NCBI GenBank assembly: GCA_026025795.1
Contig: JAPEUG010000006.1
Coordinates: 1-64,000, forward strand
Origin: Thelocarpon superellum
Lineage: Eukaryota
Length of the DNA stretch: 64,000 nucleotides
Reading direction: 5' to 3'
The notes beneath the pieces were generated by a model. The model ran no database searches. It had not been told where the DNA came from and saw nothing but the letters and a program-made list of their open reading frames with translations. Position 1 is the stretch's first letter. Every line of letters starts with the position of its first letter. Shown here in pieces: positions 12,101 to 22,791 of this stretch. A program made the position numbers and the translations under genes.

Positions 12101-14075
12101 ATCCTGTGCCAACAGCACTAGGAAGATGAGAAGCTATACCACCAATAGCAACCCATTGTGTTCTACTTGTGAAAGCTCAGAGATGCTGAGTACAACTATG
12201 ATATAGGCAACCTGGAGATGCTAGCAATTGTTGTAGCATTTGTGCAGTGGAGACACTACCTCTAGGGTGCAGCACACTAGATCAAGGTGGTGACAGATCA
12301 CAACAATCTCCACATGTTCACCTTAGCTAAGATGCTGAGTGGACACCACAAGAGGTGGTATAGCAACCTATCTGAATATGACTTCTGAATTATACATCGA
12401 CTAGAGAGATTGAACCCAGCCAATGCTCCATTGAGATGTCTAGACTACAAGCAAGCTGCTGCCCCTAAGCAGGGAACTCCTATGTAGTTTGTCAATACCA
12501 TGGCTAGCCACAACCAACCCTATGTGATGGGTGAACCAGGTGGAGTGGCAGCGCTTGCCCTAATGGTTAGCAGCAGCAGCTATGTGTGCATTACACTACA
12601 ACAAACAGTGATTGCAGTATCACACACTGAGACAGCTTATAGCAAAGCTACAAGCGATTTCTGCAAGGTCCTTGTAGAACTGCAGCAAGCAGACCCTGAT
12701 GTTGTACATATGACACAGAAGAGCTTCCTGCAAGACAATGCTGATATGTTGACACAAGGATGCAACAACCCCACAGTGGTGTGGAGCAAGGACACAGATG
12801 GCCTTGTGCTCCACAAGGGGTGCCTGTATATCCCTGCTTAGGGAGTAGGATGCTTAGAGGTTATGTGAACCCACTATAACAACCCTTTAGCAGGGCACTT
12901 CAGTGTATGCAGGACTATGGAGCTGGTCTAGCAAAAGTACAGCTGGCCTACTGTGGCCTAGGACATTGAGGAGTACATCCTTACCTGTGCTATGTGTAGA
13001 CAAATAAAGCCAGCAAGGCACAAGCAGTATAGAGAGCTACAATTGCTTTCTCCACTATTGGAACCATGGAAAGACCTAACTATAGATTTTGTCACTAACC
13101 TACCCCTGAGTGGTAGCAGCAGGAAGGCCTATGACTCCATCTTAGTTGTTATAGACCACTTCACCAAAATGGTGTGTTACATCACAGTTTGCAAGACAAT
13201 TGACATGCCTAAGCTAGCAGATGTCTTTATTAAGCAGGTTGTTAGCAGATATAGGCTACCAAGCTCTATAGTCTCTAACAGAGGCACAGTGTTCACAGCA
13301 AGCTTCTGGTCTACGCTGTGCTACTACACAAGGATCAAGCACTGCTTGAGCTCTGTGTTCCATCTGCAAACAGACAGACAGACAGAACAACAGAACCAGA
13401 CACTTGAGCAATACCTTTGCAGCTATGTCAACTAGCATCAAGATGATTGGGTCCAATAGCTACCCCTAGCTAAATTCTCCTACAACAACAGCTGCCACAC
13501 CTTGTTAGGAGTATTGCTGTTCTATGTGATGTACAGCTACAACCCTGTGCTTGACCTGACTAGGAATCCACCCCCTTGTGAGGTCCTAGATGTCACACAG
13601 AGGGTTAGCCACCTACAGGAGCTATGAGGGGAACTTGTGCAGCAGCTCTAGGAAGCCTAGAAAACACAGGCTAGATACTACAATTGCAAGACAAAGCAAA
13701 TGATGTACACAGTTGGACAGCAGGTGTGGCTATCAGCATGCAACATCTGCTCTACAAGACCAAGCAAGAAGCTTGACACAAAATACTATGGCCTATTCCA
13801 CATATTGGAAGCAGTAGGCAGGCAGGCCTACTGATTGGACCTAGGGAGCAAGCTGGGCAAGATACACCCTATGTTCCACATCTCCCTATTGGAACCCCAC
13901 AGGCAGAGAGACAACAGTGATGAGGAGCAACCAGGCCCTATCCAGATCAACAGCAAAGACAAATGGGAAATAGAGTCCATACTAGCAGAATGCAAGCAGT
14001 ATAGGAAGCAGCTCTACCTCATACAATGGAAAGGCTACTCAGAGGCTCACAACTCCTAGGTGCCTAAGGAAGACC
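9186..14075 (+). pseudogene. gag-pol pseudogene with many premature stops
   Basis: Zinc knuckle CN*CSYKGHKEKDC ~10385; protease ALINSRA (from LIDSGA) ~10583; RT VYLDNI (from YLDDI) ~11610; RNase H VETDTS ~12065; integrase DFVT / IVSNRG / FHLQTDRQTE at 13085-13390; chromodomain WEIESIL..YLIQWKGY at 13965-14070. Start coordinate approximate. Confidence 0.95.
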
Positions 14076-14589
14076 TGCTACACTCACAAGACCTACTCAA
14101 CAAGTTCAAACAACATCAACACAAGCATCCTACAGCTCCTACAAGACAATCACAGGCACAACACTAGGCAGTTGATTAAGAATGGATTCAGTCCCTCTAC
14201 AGGGAAGGTGCAGCAACCTAGGAAGCCAGTGGCATGTGGGCTTAGCTCCTAGTGGCTGGGGGCCTAGGGCCTAACCACACAGCAAGAGATACAAAGATCA
14301 CCTCAATAGGAAAGGACCTGCAAGGTGTAACCAACAAGTAGCTAGTTGTTGGCTAGAGGATGACAGGAGGCCTTGGCTCTGTCAAGAGCCATGTGGGAAG
14401 TGCTGGACACTGTTCAGCTGTGTGGGGTGCAAGGAGTTGCAGACTGCAAGGCCTAGTGGCTGGTGCTCAGGGATGGTTCTGAGGTCATTGTTCCCCCTAA
14501 AGGACCTTGGCTTGGGGTTGAGGTAATAGATGACAGAGACGATAGAGTGTCTTGGGTTGATCTATGTCCATGTCCACAACACCTAGCAG

Positions 14590-15275
14590 ATCAAGAGCTA
14601 GGGTTTGTGCTAGGGTTGACTCTGCCAATTGTGAAACCACACACTTGAGGAGTAGCCTCACCCTCAAGTGGTTTGTCTAGAAGGTCTAGGTCCTTGTCAG
14701 GACCAAATGGGTGGACTGCAGGGAATCGATTCTACTACAATGTGAGCAACACCTAGCAAGCAGCAGAGACAACACAGACACCTACTAAGTAGCATAGCTG
14801 GTTCAGGATCTCCATTAGGAGGAAGTTCAAATGCTCAGTCACAGCAAGAAGAGCACTGCTGTCACACTATCCACACTTGTTAAATTCAACAGTAGAACAG
14901 AACTTCAAGATGTGGAGCAGCAGGCTAGACCTATAGGTCTCTAGCTGTGATTCCACTACAATGGTGTCAGTAGGAGGATGAAGGAGCAAGTTCATGTACT
15001 GCTCTTGCAGCTAGAAGATGGTGTTCACCTGTCCCACAAACTTCATCAGGATCTGGTTGACAAATCAGCACAGCTACGCAGCAGAGCAATTGATGTACCA
15101 AGAGACAGGGGTGCCCAGCAGTTTGGCACCTATTGCACTTCCTATATGGATTAGGCTTATAGCACCTATGGCTGTGGTTGTGGCCAATCCACTTGATGCA
15201 GCATTGACAGGTGCTCTGATCCAACACAGGAGGCAGGCTGGGTGTGGCCACCTGCTCAGGGAACACAGCAGACAT
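14590..15275 (-). pseudogene. Antisense, intron-containing accessory gene of the retroelement (Cys-rich, Zn-cluster-like); second copy at ~16730-17425
   Basis: ATG 15275; CQCC-x10-C-x8-CNRC-x6-C; GT..AG introns 15098-15053 and 14785-14732 with branch-like sites restore a continuous frame with a few TAG stops. Both introns are retained in the duplicate. Confidence 0.6.
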
Positions 15276-15613
15276 TGTGAGGTTTGGTGAAAGCAGAACA
15301 GAGGCAGAAGCAGATCAATGGAAGTAGAACAGGAGCAGAACAAACACAGGATACCCTTGAACAAAGAAGCTACAACAATTGCAGATCAAGATCCTGGTTG
15401 ACAAAGAAGCTGTAGAAGAAGCAGAGTGTCAACAGACCCACAACAAATATCAACAATGTGCAAATTAGCAGCAATTCACTACAACACAACAACAACATGT
15501 TGCCCTAGCCCTACAGTGCTACTGACAACCACTCCACAGGGCTAACTAGTTCAATAGCAGCAGGTGAATAGCTGTGTGCACTCCTAGAACAGAGTGCTAA
15601 GGAAGAGGGTAAT

Positions 15614-15870
15614 TGTGAGGCTAGGAGCTCCACACCTTGCCACAAGGATAGGAGTGATCACATGATGGCCATGTGATGGTCACATGATACAGCATGTGAC
15701 CTAGCATGCTGTATATAAACCAAGTCCTGCTGTGAGCTAGTAGAGCCCTAGTGTTCAACTTGAGTAACACAAGGAGGCTAGTTATAGGTCTATGAGCCCT
15801 AGGAGCCACAGAGTCAACTCCATTGACTATGTCTACTGTTTCCACCTAGCTGTAGGCCTTTGTCATCACA
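15614..15870 (+). repeat. LTR2 (internal LTR)
   Basis: 257-bp copy of LTR1, preceded by polypurine tract aaggaagagggtaat. Confidence 0.95.
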
Positions 15871-16198
15871 CTCAACTATTGGCTAGTCCAGGATCTTGAC
15901 CAGAGGGAGAGCTAGTCTATTGTTGTTGTTGATAGCTCAATCAATGGTGAGACCATACAACAAACAAAGAGAAAGGTGTTGCTACCAATTATTACACCTA
16001 TAGTGTATGATGAGTGGGTTGTAAGATGCTTCATTCACTTAGCTAGCTAGCTACAGTTATATACAGTAGGGCTGACATCACATGACATCAGCAATAAGGT
16101 GTGGATATACAGCAGAGCCACATCAGCAATAAGGTAGGGCTAGTATGTTGTATAGCAGAGCTGCAGTCACACATGCCCTACACTTGACATCTGTAACA
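15871..16198 (-). mobile_element. Probable truncated LTR of a second, unrelated retrotransposon
   Basis: Ends in TGTAACA (minus strand begins TGTTACA) exactly where the duplicated internal sequence resumes. Has minus-strand ctgtatataac, a duplicated catcagcaataaggt, and CpG depletion. Confidence 0.5.
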
Positions 16199-18015
16199 TC
16201 CTAGGTGCCTAAGGAAGACCTGCTACACTCCCAAGACCTACTTAACAGGTTCAAACAACATCAACACAAGTGTCCTACAGCTCCTACAAGACAATCACAG
16301 GCATAGTGCTAGGCAGTTGATTGAGAATAGATTCAGTCCCTCTACAGGGAAGGCACAGCAACCTAGGAAGCTAGTGGCATGTGGGCTTAGCCCCTAGTGG
16401 CTAGGGGCCCAGGGCCCAACCACACAGTAGGAGATACAAAGATCACCTCAATAGGAAAGAACCCACAAGGTGTGACCAACAAGCAGCTAGTTGTTAGCTA
16501 GAGGACAACAGGAGGTGTTGGCTCTGTCAAGAGCTATGTGGGAAGTGCTGGACACTGTTCAGCTATGTAGTCAAGGAGTTGTGGATCACAAAGCCTAGTG
16601 GCTAGCACTTGGAGACAGCTCTAAGGTCATTGTTTCCTCTAAAGGACCTTGACTTAGGGTTGAAGCACTAGATGATAGAGACAATAGAGTGTCTTAGGCT
16701 GATCTGTGCCCACAACCACAACACCTAGTAGATCAAGAGCTAGAGTTCATGCTAGGGTTGACTCTGCCAATTGTGAAACCACACACTTGAAGAGCAGCCT
16801 CACCCTCAAGTGGTTTGTCTAGAAGGTCTAGGTCCTCATCAGGACCAAACAGGCAGACTGCAGGGAATCAATTCTACCACAATGTGAGCAACACCTAGCA
16901 AGCAGTAGAGACAACACAGACACCTACCAAGTAGCACAGCTGGTTCAGGATCTCTATTAGGAGGAAGTTTGAATACTCAGTTGCAGCAAGAAGAGCACTG
17001 CCATCACACTGTCCACACTTGTTGAATTCAACAGTAGAACAGAACTTCAAGATATGGAGCAGCAGGCTAGACCTATAGGTCTCTAGCTGCATTTCCACTA
17101 CAATAGTGTTAGTAGGAGGATGAAGGAGCAAGTTCATGTACTGCTCTTGCAGCTAGAAGATGGTGTTCACATGTCCTACAAACTTTGTTAGGATCTAGTC
17201 AACAACAACAAATTAGCACAGCTACACAGCAGAGCAATCAACATACTGAGAGACAGGGGTGCCTAGTGTTTCAGCACCTATTGCACTTCCTATACAGATT
17301 AGGCTTATAGCACCTATAGCTGTGGTTGTGGCTGATCCACTTGATGCAGTGTTAACAGGTGCTCTGATCCAATACAGGAGGTAGGCTAGGTGCAGCCACC
17401 TGCTTAGGCAACACAGTAGACATTGTGAGGTTTGGCAAAAGCTGGAGAGGCAGAAGCAGATTGACAGAGCAGAACAGGAGTAGAACAGACACAGGATATC
17501 CTTGAACAAAGAAGCTGCAACAATTGCAGATCAAGATCCTAGTTGACAAAGAAGCTGTAGAAGAAGCAGAGTGTTGACAGACCCACAACAAATATCAACA
17601 ATGTGTGAATTAGCAGCAATTCACCACAACACAATAACAACATGTTGCCCTAGCCCTACAGCACTATTAACAACCACCCCACAGGGCCAACCAGTTCAAT
17701 AGCAGTAGGTGAATAGCTGTGTACGCTCCTAGAACAGAGTGCTAAGGAAGGGGGTAATTGTGAGGCTAGGAGCTCCACACCTCACCACAAGAATAGGAGT
17801 GATCATGTGATGGCCATGTGATGGTCACATAATACAGCATGTGACCTAGCACACTGTATATAAACCAAGTCCCACTATGAGCTAGCAGAGCCCTAGTGTT
17901 CAACTTGAGTAACACAAGGAGGCTAGTCATAGGTCTATGAGCCCTAGAAGCCACAGAGTCAACTCCATTGACTATGTCTACTGTTTCCACCTAGCTGTAG
18001 GCCTTTGTTGTCACA
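16199..18015 (+). repeat. Diverged duplicate of 14054-15870 (3' internal region plus LTR3)
   Basis: tcctaggtgcctaaggaagacctgctacactc occurs at both 14054 and 16199, and the copies are colinear to the LTR end. Differences are mostly transitions. Confidence 0.95.
17759..18015 (+). repeat. LTR3 (3' LTR)
   Basis: 257 bp, TG..CA, preceded by aaggaagggggtaat and followed by TSD CAGAC. Confidence 0.95.
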
Positions 18016-18020
18016 CAGAC

Positions 18021-19186
18021 CTGTACCTCACAGTCAAACATACAAATAGGGAAACTGCTATTACATGTCCCAACAAGCGAACTAAAAGTACTGTCAGCTG
18101 CAGCCTGTGTATCTCATCTCGAAGTCCTGGTAGGATCTTACTCAGGGGTTAGATTTGTGCCTGGATAACAATCTGCACCTCCCTGTCGAGCACTGATACT
18201 AGTAAAGGATGCTGCGATGATGAGATGCATAGCACCAAGCACCAATACTAGAAAAATGGGCAGACAAGCCATGATGGTTGAAAGAGAAAGTAGAGCAGCA
18301 AAGATGTAAGGTTGAAAGTGAAAGCCTCTCAGGAAGGGGCAACTGATTTATAGAGTTGTGACAGCATGGCACCTGTGTAATCATGTAATTTCAACGACAT
18401 TAATTTTGGCCTCATCCAAAGCATGGCCTGTTCTTCTAGAATCCTAGCTTTAGCGAAGTCATTCTTCCAGATCCTTGGCTCATGCCTAACATAGTCGCAT
18501 CCTGGCTCATGCTAGCACTTTGCTACTTCACAAAGCGCATCCAACAGCAATCTTAGAGAGTAGGCTATTGTCAGTGTTGGAACTGTTTCTCCTTCCTTTT
18601 CTTCTTTTCTTCTACATCTGTTGTGCCATGACCCAATATATCATGTCAAATCCCATCATGCCACAACCTGTCATGCCGCAACCTAGTGTGAGAGGCGGGG
18701 TTTCAGACTAGCTAGTACAAGTGGGCGAGGCAGCGACGACTCCTTGGCGAGGACCCTGAGGATGCATGTGACAATGGAGCGTACAGCTATGTGGAACGAG
18801 AGCCTCGTCGATTGGCTAGGATACTGTCCTGCGACGGGGTACGAGACCGATTCCTGCCTCTGTCGTTATATTCAAGCTGAACGCAGGCACTCTGCCACTA
18901 CAAGTAGACTAGTAATCTGCGAGACTTGCTGTTGTTGGAAGATGACATAATCAGTGGTTGGTCATAGAAGGCAAAGTGGGAAATGCTACGTTAAGGGATC
19001 CTGAATTGCAAGAACTACTGTGAATCTGAAGGATTTTCGGGGGTGGCTAGACCAGTGGAGAGCAAATCGAGCAGCGTAAGCTGCGGGAGAAATCTCCCCA
19101 AATCCATGCAAGACGTGATCGAGGCTCAAAGCATACACGAAGGGTGAAATTGACTGAAGGCAGAAGAAAGGAAACGAACCAGACAA
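18021..19186 (-). pseudogene. Possible 5'/middle part of the same decayed RdRP gene
   Basis: SPAAYAARFALHWSS ~19090-19045 (cf. PAKYAAR.G..FSS), IQD, then after a frameshift FYDQPLIMS (cf. FSDG.G.IS) and 17 aa later SACVQLEY (cf. SAFQIRY); GLRDEIHRL ~18130 (cf. G..DE.G.L). Confidence 0.4.
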
Positions 19187-19558
19187 GAAGGGAAGGTAGT
19201 AGGTCCGCTTAGGGTGTGTAGGATACTGCTAGAGCCTCCATTCCGTGCGGATCGGCTCAAGTCTGTCGTCGTTGTTTACTTGACCGTCAGGATGAGCAGA
19301 TTCGTGACGAAAACGGTCACGATGGTCAATCTCGGTTTCCTCGTACTCCACAGAGCCGGTTGGCCATCCGTAAAATCACTTGGATCGTGGAACGTCGCCT
19401 GGATTGTGGATCATCTGCTCGTGAGCATCTTGATTCTGTCTATGGATACAAGGGCAACGACGACCAGCGAGACAACGGCACAGACGTGAGCCAAGGTCTC
19501 CTCTTCGCCGACTAAAGAAATTCCCCTGGCGGGCCCTTGCCGTATCATGTATCCTAGC

Positions 19559-21560
19559 TTAGTTCGCCATGTAGGTGCTCGAGTCGACGCCGTCGGCGGG
19601 GAATTCACTAGCACATGTCAGCTTCTGGATGCGACCGGCGTCTAAGAGGCGTCATGGAGAGCGAGGGCGCGTACGGCAAAGCGACCTCGAATCGCTTCTC
19701 GATGGACTTGAGCACCTCCTGATCTGCCTCGCTGCTGACGAAAGAGATGCTCAGACCCTTGGTCCCGAATCGACCGGCACGTCCAACCCGATGCAGATAC
19801 GAGTCCGCGTTATCCGGCAGGTCGTAGTTAATGGCCAGGTTGATTCGCTCAATGTCGATACCACGGCCGAAGACGTCGGTGGCAACGCAAATGCGCTTGT
19901 GGAAATCCTTGAACTCCTTGTAGCGTTTGATGCTGTGGCGCCATCAGCCAGGTTCGTCGACAAGATCCGTCCCGGACTTACCGTTCCTCTTGGCTCACGC
20001 CCGAGTGGACGGCGATGCTGGGAAAGTTGCACTCGCGCAATAGTTTGTCCAATTCCGTGGCCCGAACGGTACTCTTGACGAAGATGATGACCTGGTTGAA
20101 TTCGAGATTGTCCAACAGATCGTTGAGCTTCCGGTTCTTCTCCGATTCGCTAAGCTTGATGTAGTATTGTTGCAGACCGTGCAGCGTGAGCTTTGTCTCG
20201 TCATCCACGTAGATCTCGAGGGGATTCTGCATGAATTTCTTGCAGATGGGGCGGATCTCCTGGGAGAGCGTGGCACTGAACATCATGACCTGCTTCTGCG
20301 TCGGCGTGGCTCGGAAGATTTCCTGAACGTCGCGGCGCATGTCTGGTGGATGTCTTAGCTTGGCGTCGCCAGCGAGGAGGGAGATCGTGCGACCGACCAA
20401 TCTGATCGAGCATCTTGTCACACTCGTCGAGCACGAAGACCTTGGTGTTGCCTAGACGGAGGTTCTTGTCGCGGACCAGGGCGTTCAAACGGCCGGGCGT
20501 GGCGACGACGATATGCGGGTGCGTGTCCTTGTTCTTCAGTACCTCGATATCTTTCTGCATCGGCGTGCCACCGTAGAAGACAGCTGTTTTGACGTCGGGC
20601 ATGTATTTGCTGAAACGGGCATACTCGTTCTTGATCTGGTAGGCCAGCTCGCGGGTGTGGCACATGACCAAGACCGACGTCTCTCCGGGGACAGGTTCGA
20701 CTTGCTGCAGCGTCGTGAGGACGAAGACGGCTGTCTTTCCAAGACCGGACTTGGCTTGGCACAGGACATCGGTTCCAAGGATGGCTTGCGGGATGCAGAC
20801 TTGCTGGACTGTAAGGACGAACCGTGGCCGACGTTAGACTTTGTGCGCTTTCCAAGAGATTTCATGACGTCCGTCCATCTCGCAATGATGGCTGCCGCCA
20901 CAGTACGGTAGACCGTGCTGCGCCCAAGCCTTGACGCAGATGACCGAACGAGGCGGCGGGTGGTATGGGCTCATACAGCGAGGTCCTCGTGTAGCCTCGA
21001 GAGCGCCGTCACCTCACGCGCGTCACCCCCGAAATTTCCGTCATCGCAGCCGACGAGGTTGGTACGCGACCAGACAGGACCACTCTGGTTCGCTGAGCCA
21101 AAGAAATGGCTCGGGACGGTTTCTAGGCCGAGCAGGACGCTCTCGCTTCTTGCCTCTTGCCTCTCGCCTCTGGCCTGTCGCCTCTTGCCTCTTGCTTCTT
21201 GCCTCTCCGAATCGGTCTTGCGCCAAGGCACAGCGGCATGCGGAGATGGACGGACGTCTTGGAGGGTATCAAGCGCACGGATTGTGGAGAAAGTTATGAC
21301 TGACCCTCCGATGGATGTTCGAACCCGCAGTCGGTGATAGCTCGGCGCAGTTCCGGCTTAAGGAGGAAGTCGCCAAAGCCGGTGGAGTGGATACCCACGT
21401 AGCTGCCCTTCTTGTCGGCACTGCCGCCCGTCACAGTCAGGTCGCCCTTTTTGGCGGCATCGCCGTTGGTGGCACCCTTGGCAGTCGCGGCTGCGGCGGC
21501 GGCATCGCCGGTAGGCAGCTCGTCGTCGGAGTAGTCGATGAGATCTTCTTCGTGAGACAT
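19559..21560 (-). CDS. SUB2: ATP-dependent RNA helicase Sub2/UAP56
   Basis: [26 protein letters not shown] motif, C-terminal STYMAN. Exons 21560-21305, 20808-20398, 20342-19982, 19932-19675, 19607-19559, all GT..AG. Confidence 0.97.
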
Positions 21561-21995
21561 GGTGATGGTCGCTTGGTGTGGAGTTGAAGAGCGAAAGTGG
21601 CGTGCGGTGGTGGAAAAGTGGTGTTGAGAGAGCGAGAGATTTGAGTCAGTAGGAGGATGTGAGGAGCAGAAAAGCGAGGCAACACCAGAGAAAGAAGTGT
21701 GAAAACGACGATGCGATAACTTCACGGCGAGTGAAGTCGTGGTCGAGTGGTTGGCGACGCTCGACAGGGAAAGATGGCGATGAGCGGAGTCTTTCAACGT
21801 CCGATCAAAAGAAGTCCCTTCTGATGGGCACCAACGTTGCGGCTCAATTATGGCACTAGGCCTACTTGGTAGATTCAGCGGTTATTATTCAATCACGTGA
21901 TCAAGGTCAGACCTGGTCCGCCGTCGTTCCTTCTCGAACAAGATCCCTTTCATCCTCCTCTCTGCGCGGGAGAGGAGACCTCGACTTTGGAATAC

Positions 21996-22586
21996 ATGAC
22001 GAAACGTAAGGGCAGTGTCGGCCTCGGAGTTCCACAACGGCATCTCCACTCCAGATTGTCCTATCTCTACCAGGCAGCCCACCTCTTGTCGATTCCAAAG
22101 TCAACAACACCAGTGGAGCCTCCCCCCGAACTTGTAGAGCAATCGTCCATCCCTTCTGCTTCTACTCAAGCCAAACCGTCTGCCGAAACATCATCCCACT
22201 CTCCCTCTGAGAAGGCAAATTCTGCCAAACCATCTCTAGAACCTCCGAGCAGTCCTGACAGCCTACCGCTGGGACGACTGCTACTCTCGCACATGTGGCA
22301 TGTGTCACTGAAGAGCCAGATCCGTCTCACGCCAGACATCAAGAGATCCATCTGCAAGCGATGCAAGACCTTGCTCATCCCGCCGAACACATCGAGTGTG
22401 CGGGTCGAGAATCTCAGCCGCAGGGGAAAGAAGGTCTGGGCGGACGTCGTGGTTGTAGGGTGCGATGTGTGCGGGGCTGAGAAACGCTTTCCCACTGGTA
22501 CGAAGCGACAGGCGAAGAGAGCGGAGCGTGAAGCTCCGGCAAGCCTGCCAGCTAGCCTGGTAGATGGGGCGGCTCAGAAGAGATAA
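21996..22586 (+). CDS. RPR2: RNase P/MRP subunit, Rpr2/Rpp21/Snm1 family
   Basis: HSRLSYLYQAA, KRSICKRC..LIP, C..CG..KRF zinc ribbon. Divergent from SUB2. Confidence 0.85.
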   Translation: MTKRKGSVGLGVPQRHLHSRLSYLYQAAHLLSIPKSTTPVEPPPELVEQSSIPSASTQAKPSAETSSHSPSEKANSAKPSLEPPSSPDSLPLGRLLLSHMWHVSLKSQIRLTPDIKRSICKRCKTLLIPPNTSSVRVENLSRRGKKVWADVVVVGCDVCGAEKRFPTGTKRQAKRAEREAPASLPASLVDGAAQKR

Positions 22587-22791
22587 TAGAGGATTTGTTC
22601 ATGCTAACTAAATTATCCATCCGCCCACTGTCAACCTCCTTCACTCTTCCAGTGATCGACAGCTTAGGGCGATGCCGAAAAAGCATCACGTGATAATGAA
22701 GACCACGATCGTCGCGCGTACAGGTAGGATGTCGCAGGCCGTCCTTTGTCCAGCGCATACCAGGAGGGATGGATCTCCACTGACCGGTACC

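Larger units (their letters stand above)
8854..18015 (+). mobile_element. Composite, decayed Ty3/gypsy chromovirus LTR retrotransposon with three LTRs, flanked by 5-bp TSD CAGAC
   Basis: CAGAC at 8849-8853 and 18016-18020. Three 257-bp TG..CA LTRs. Polypurine tracts precede LTR2 and LTR3. Gag-PR-RT-RH-IN-chromodomain remnants are in gypsy order. Confidence 0.95.
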
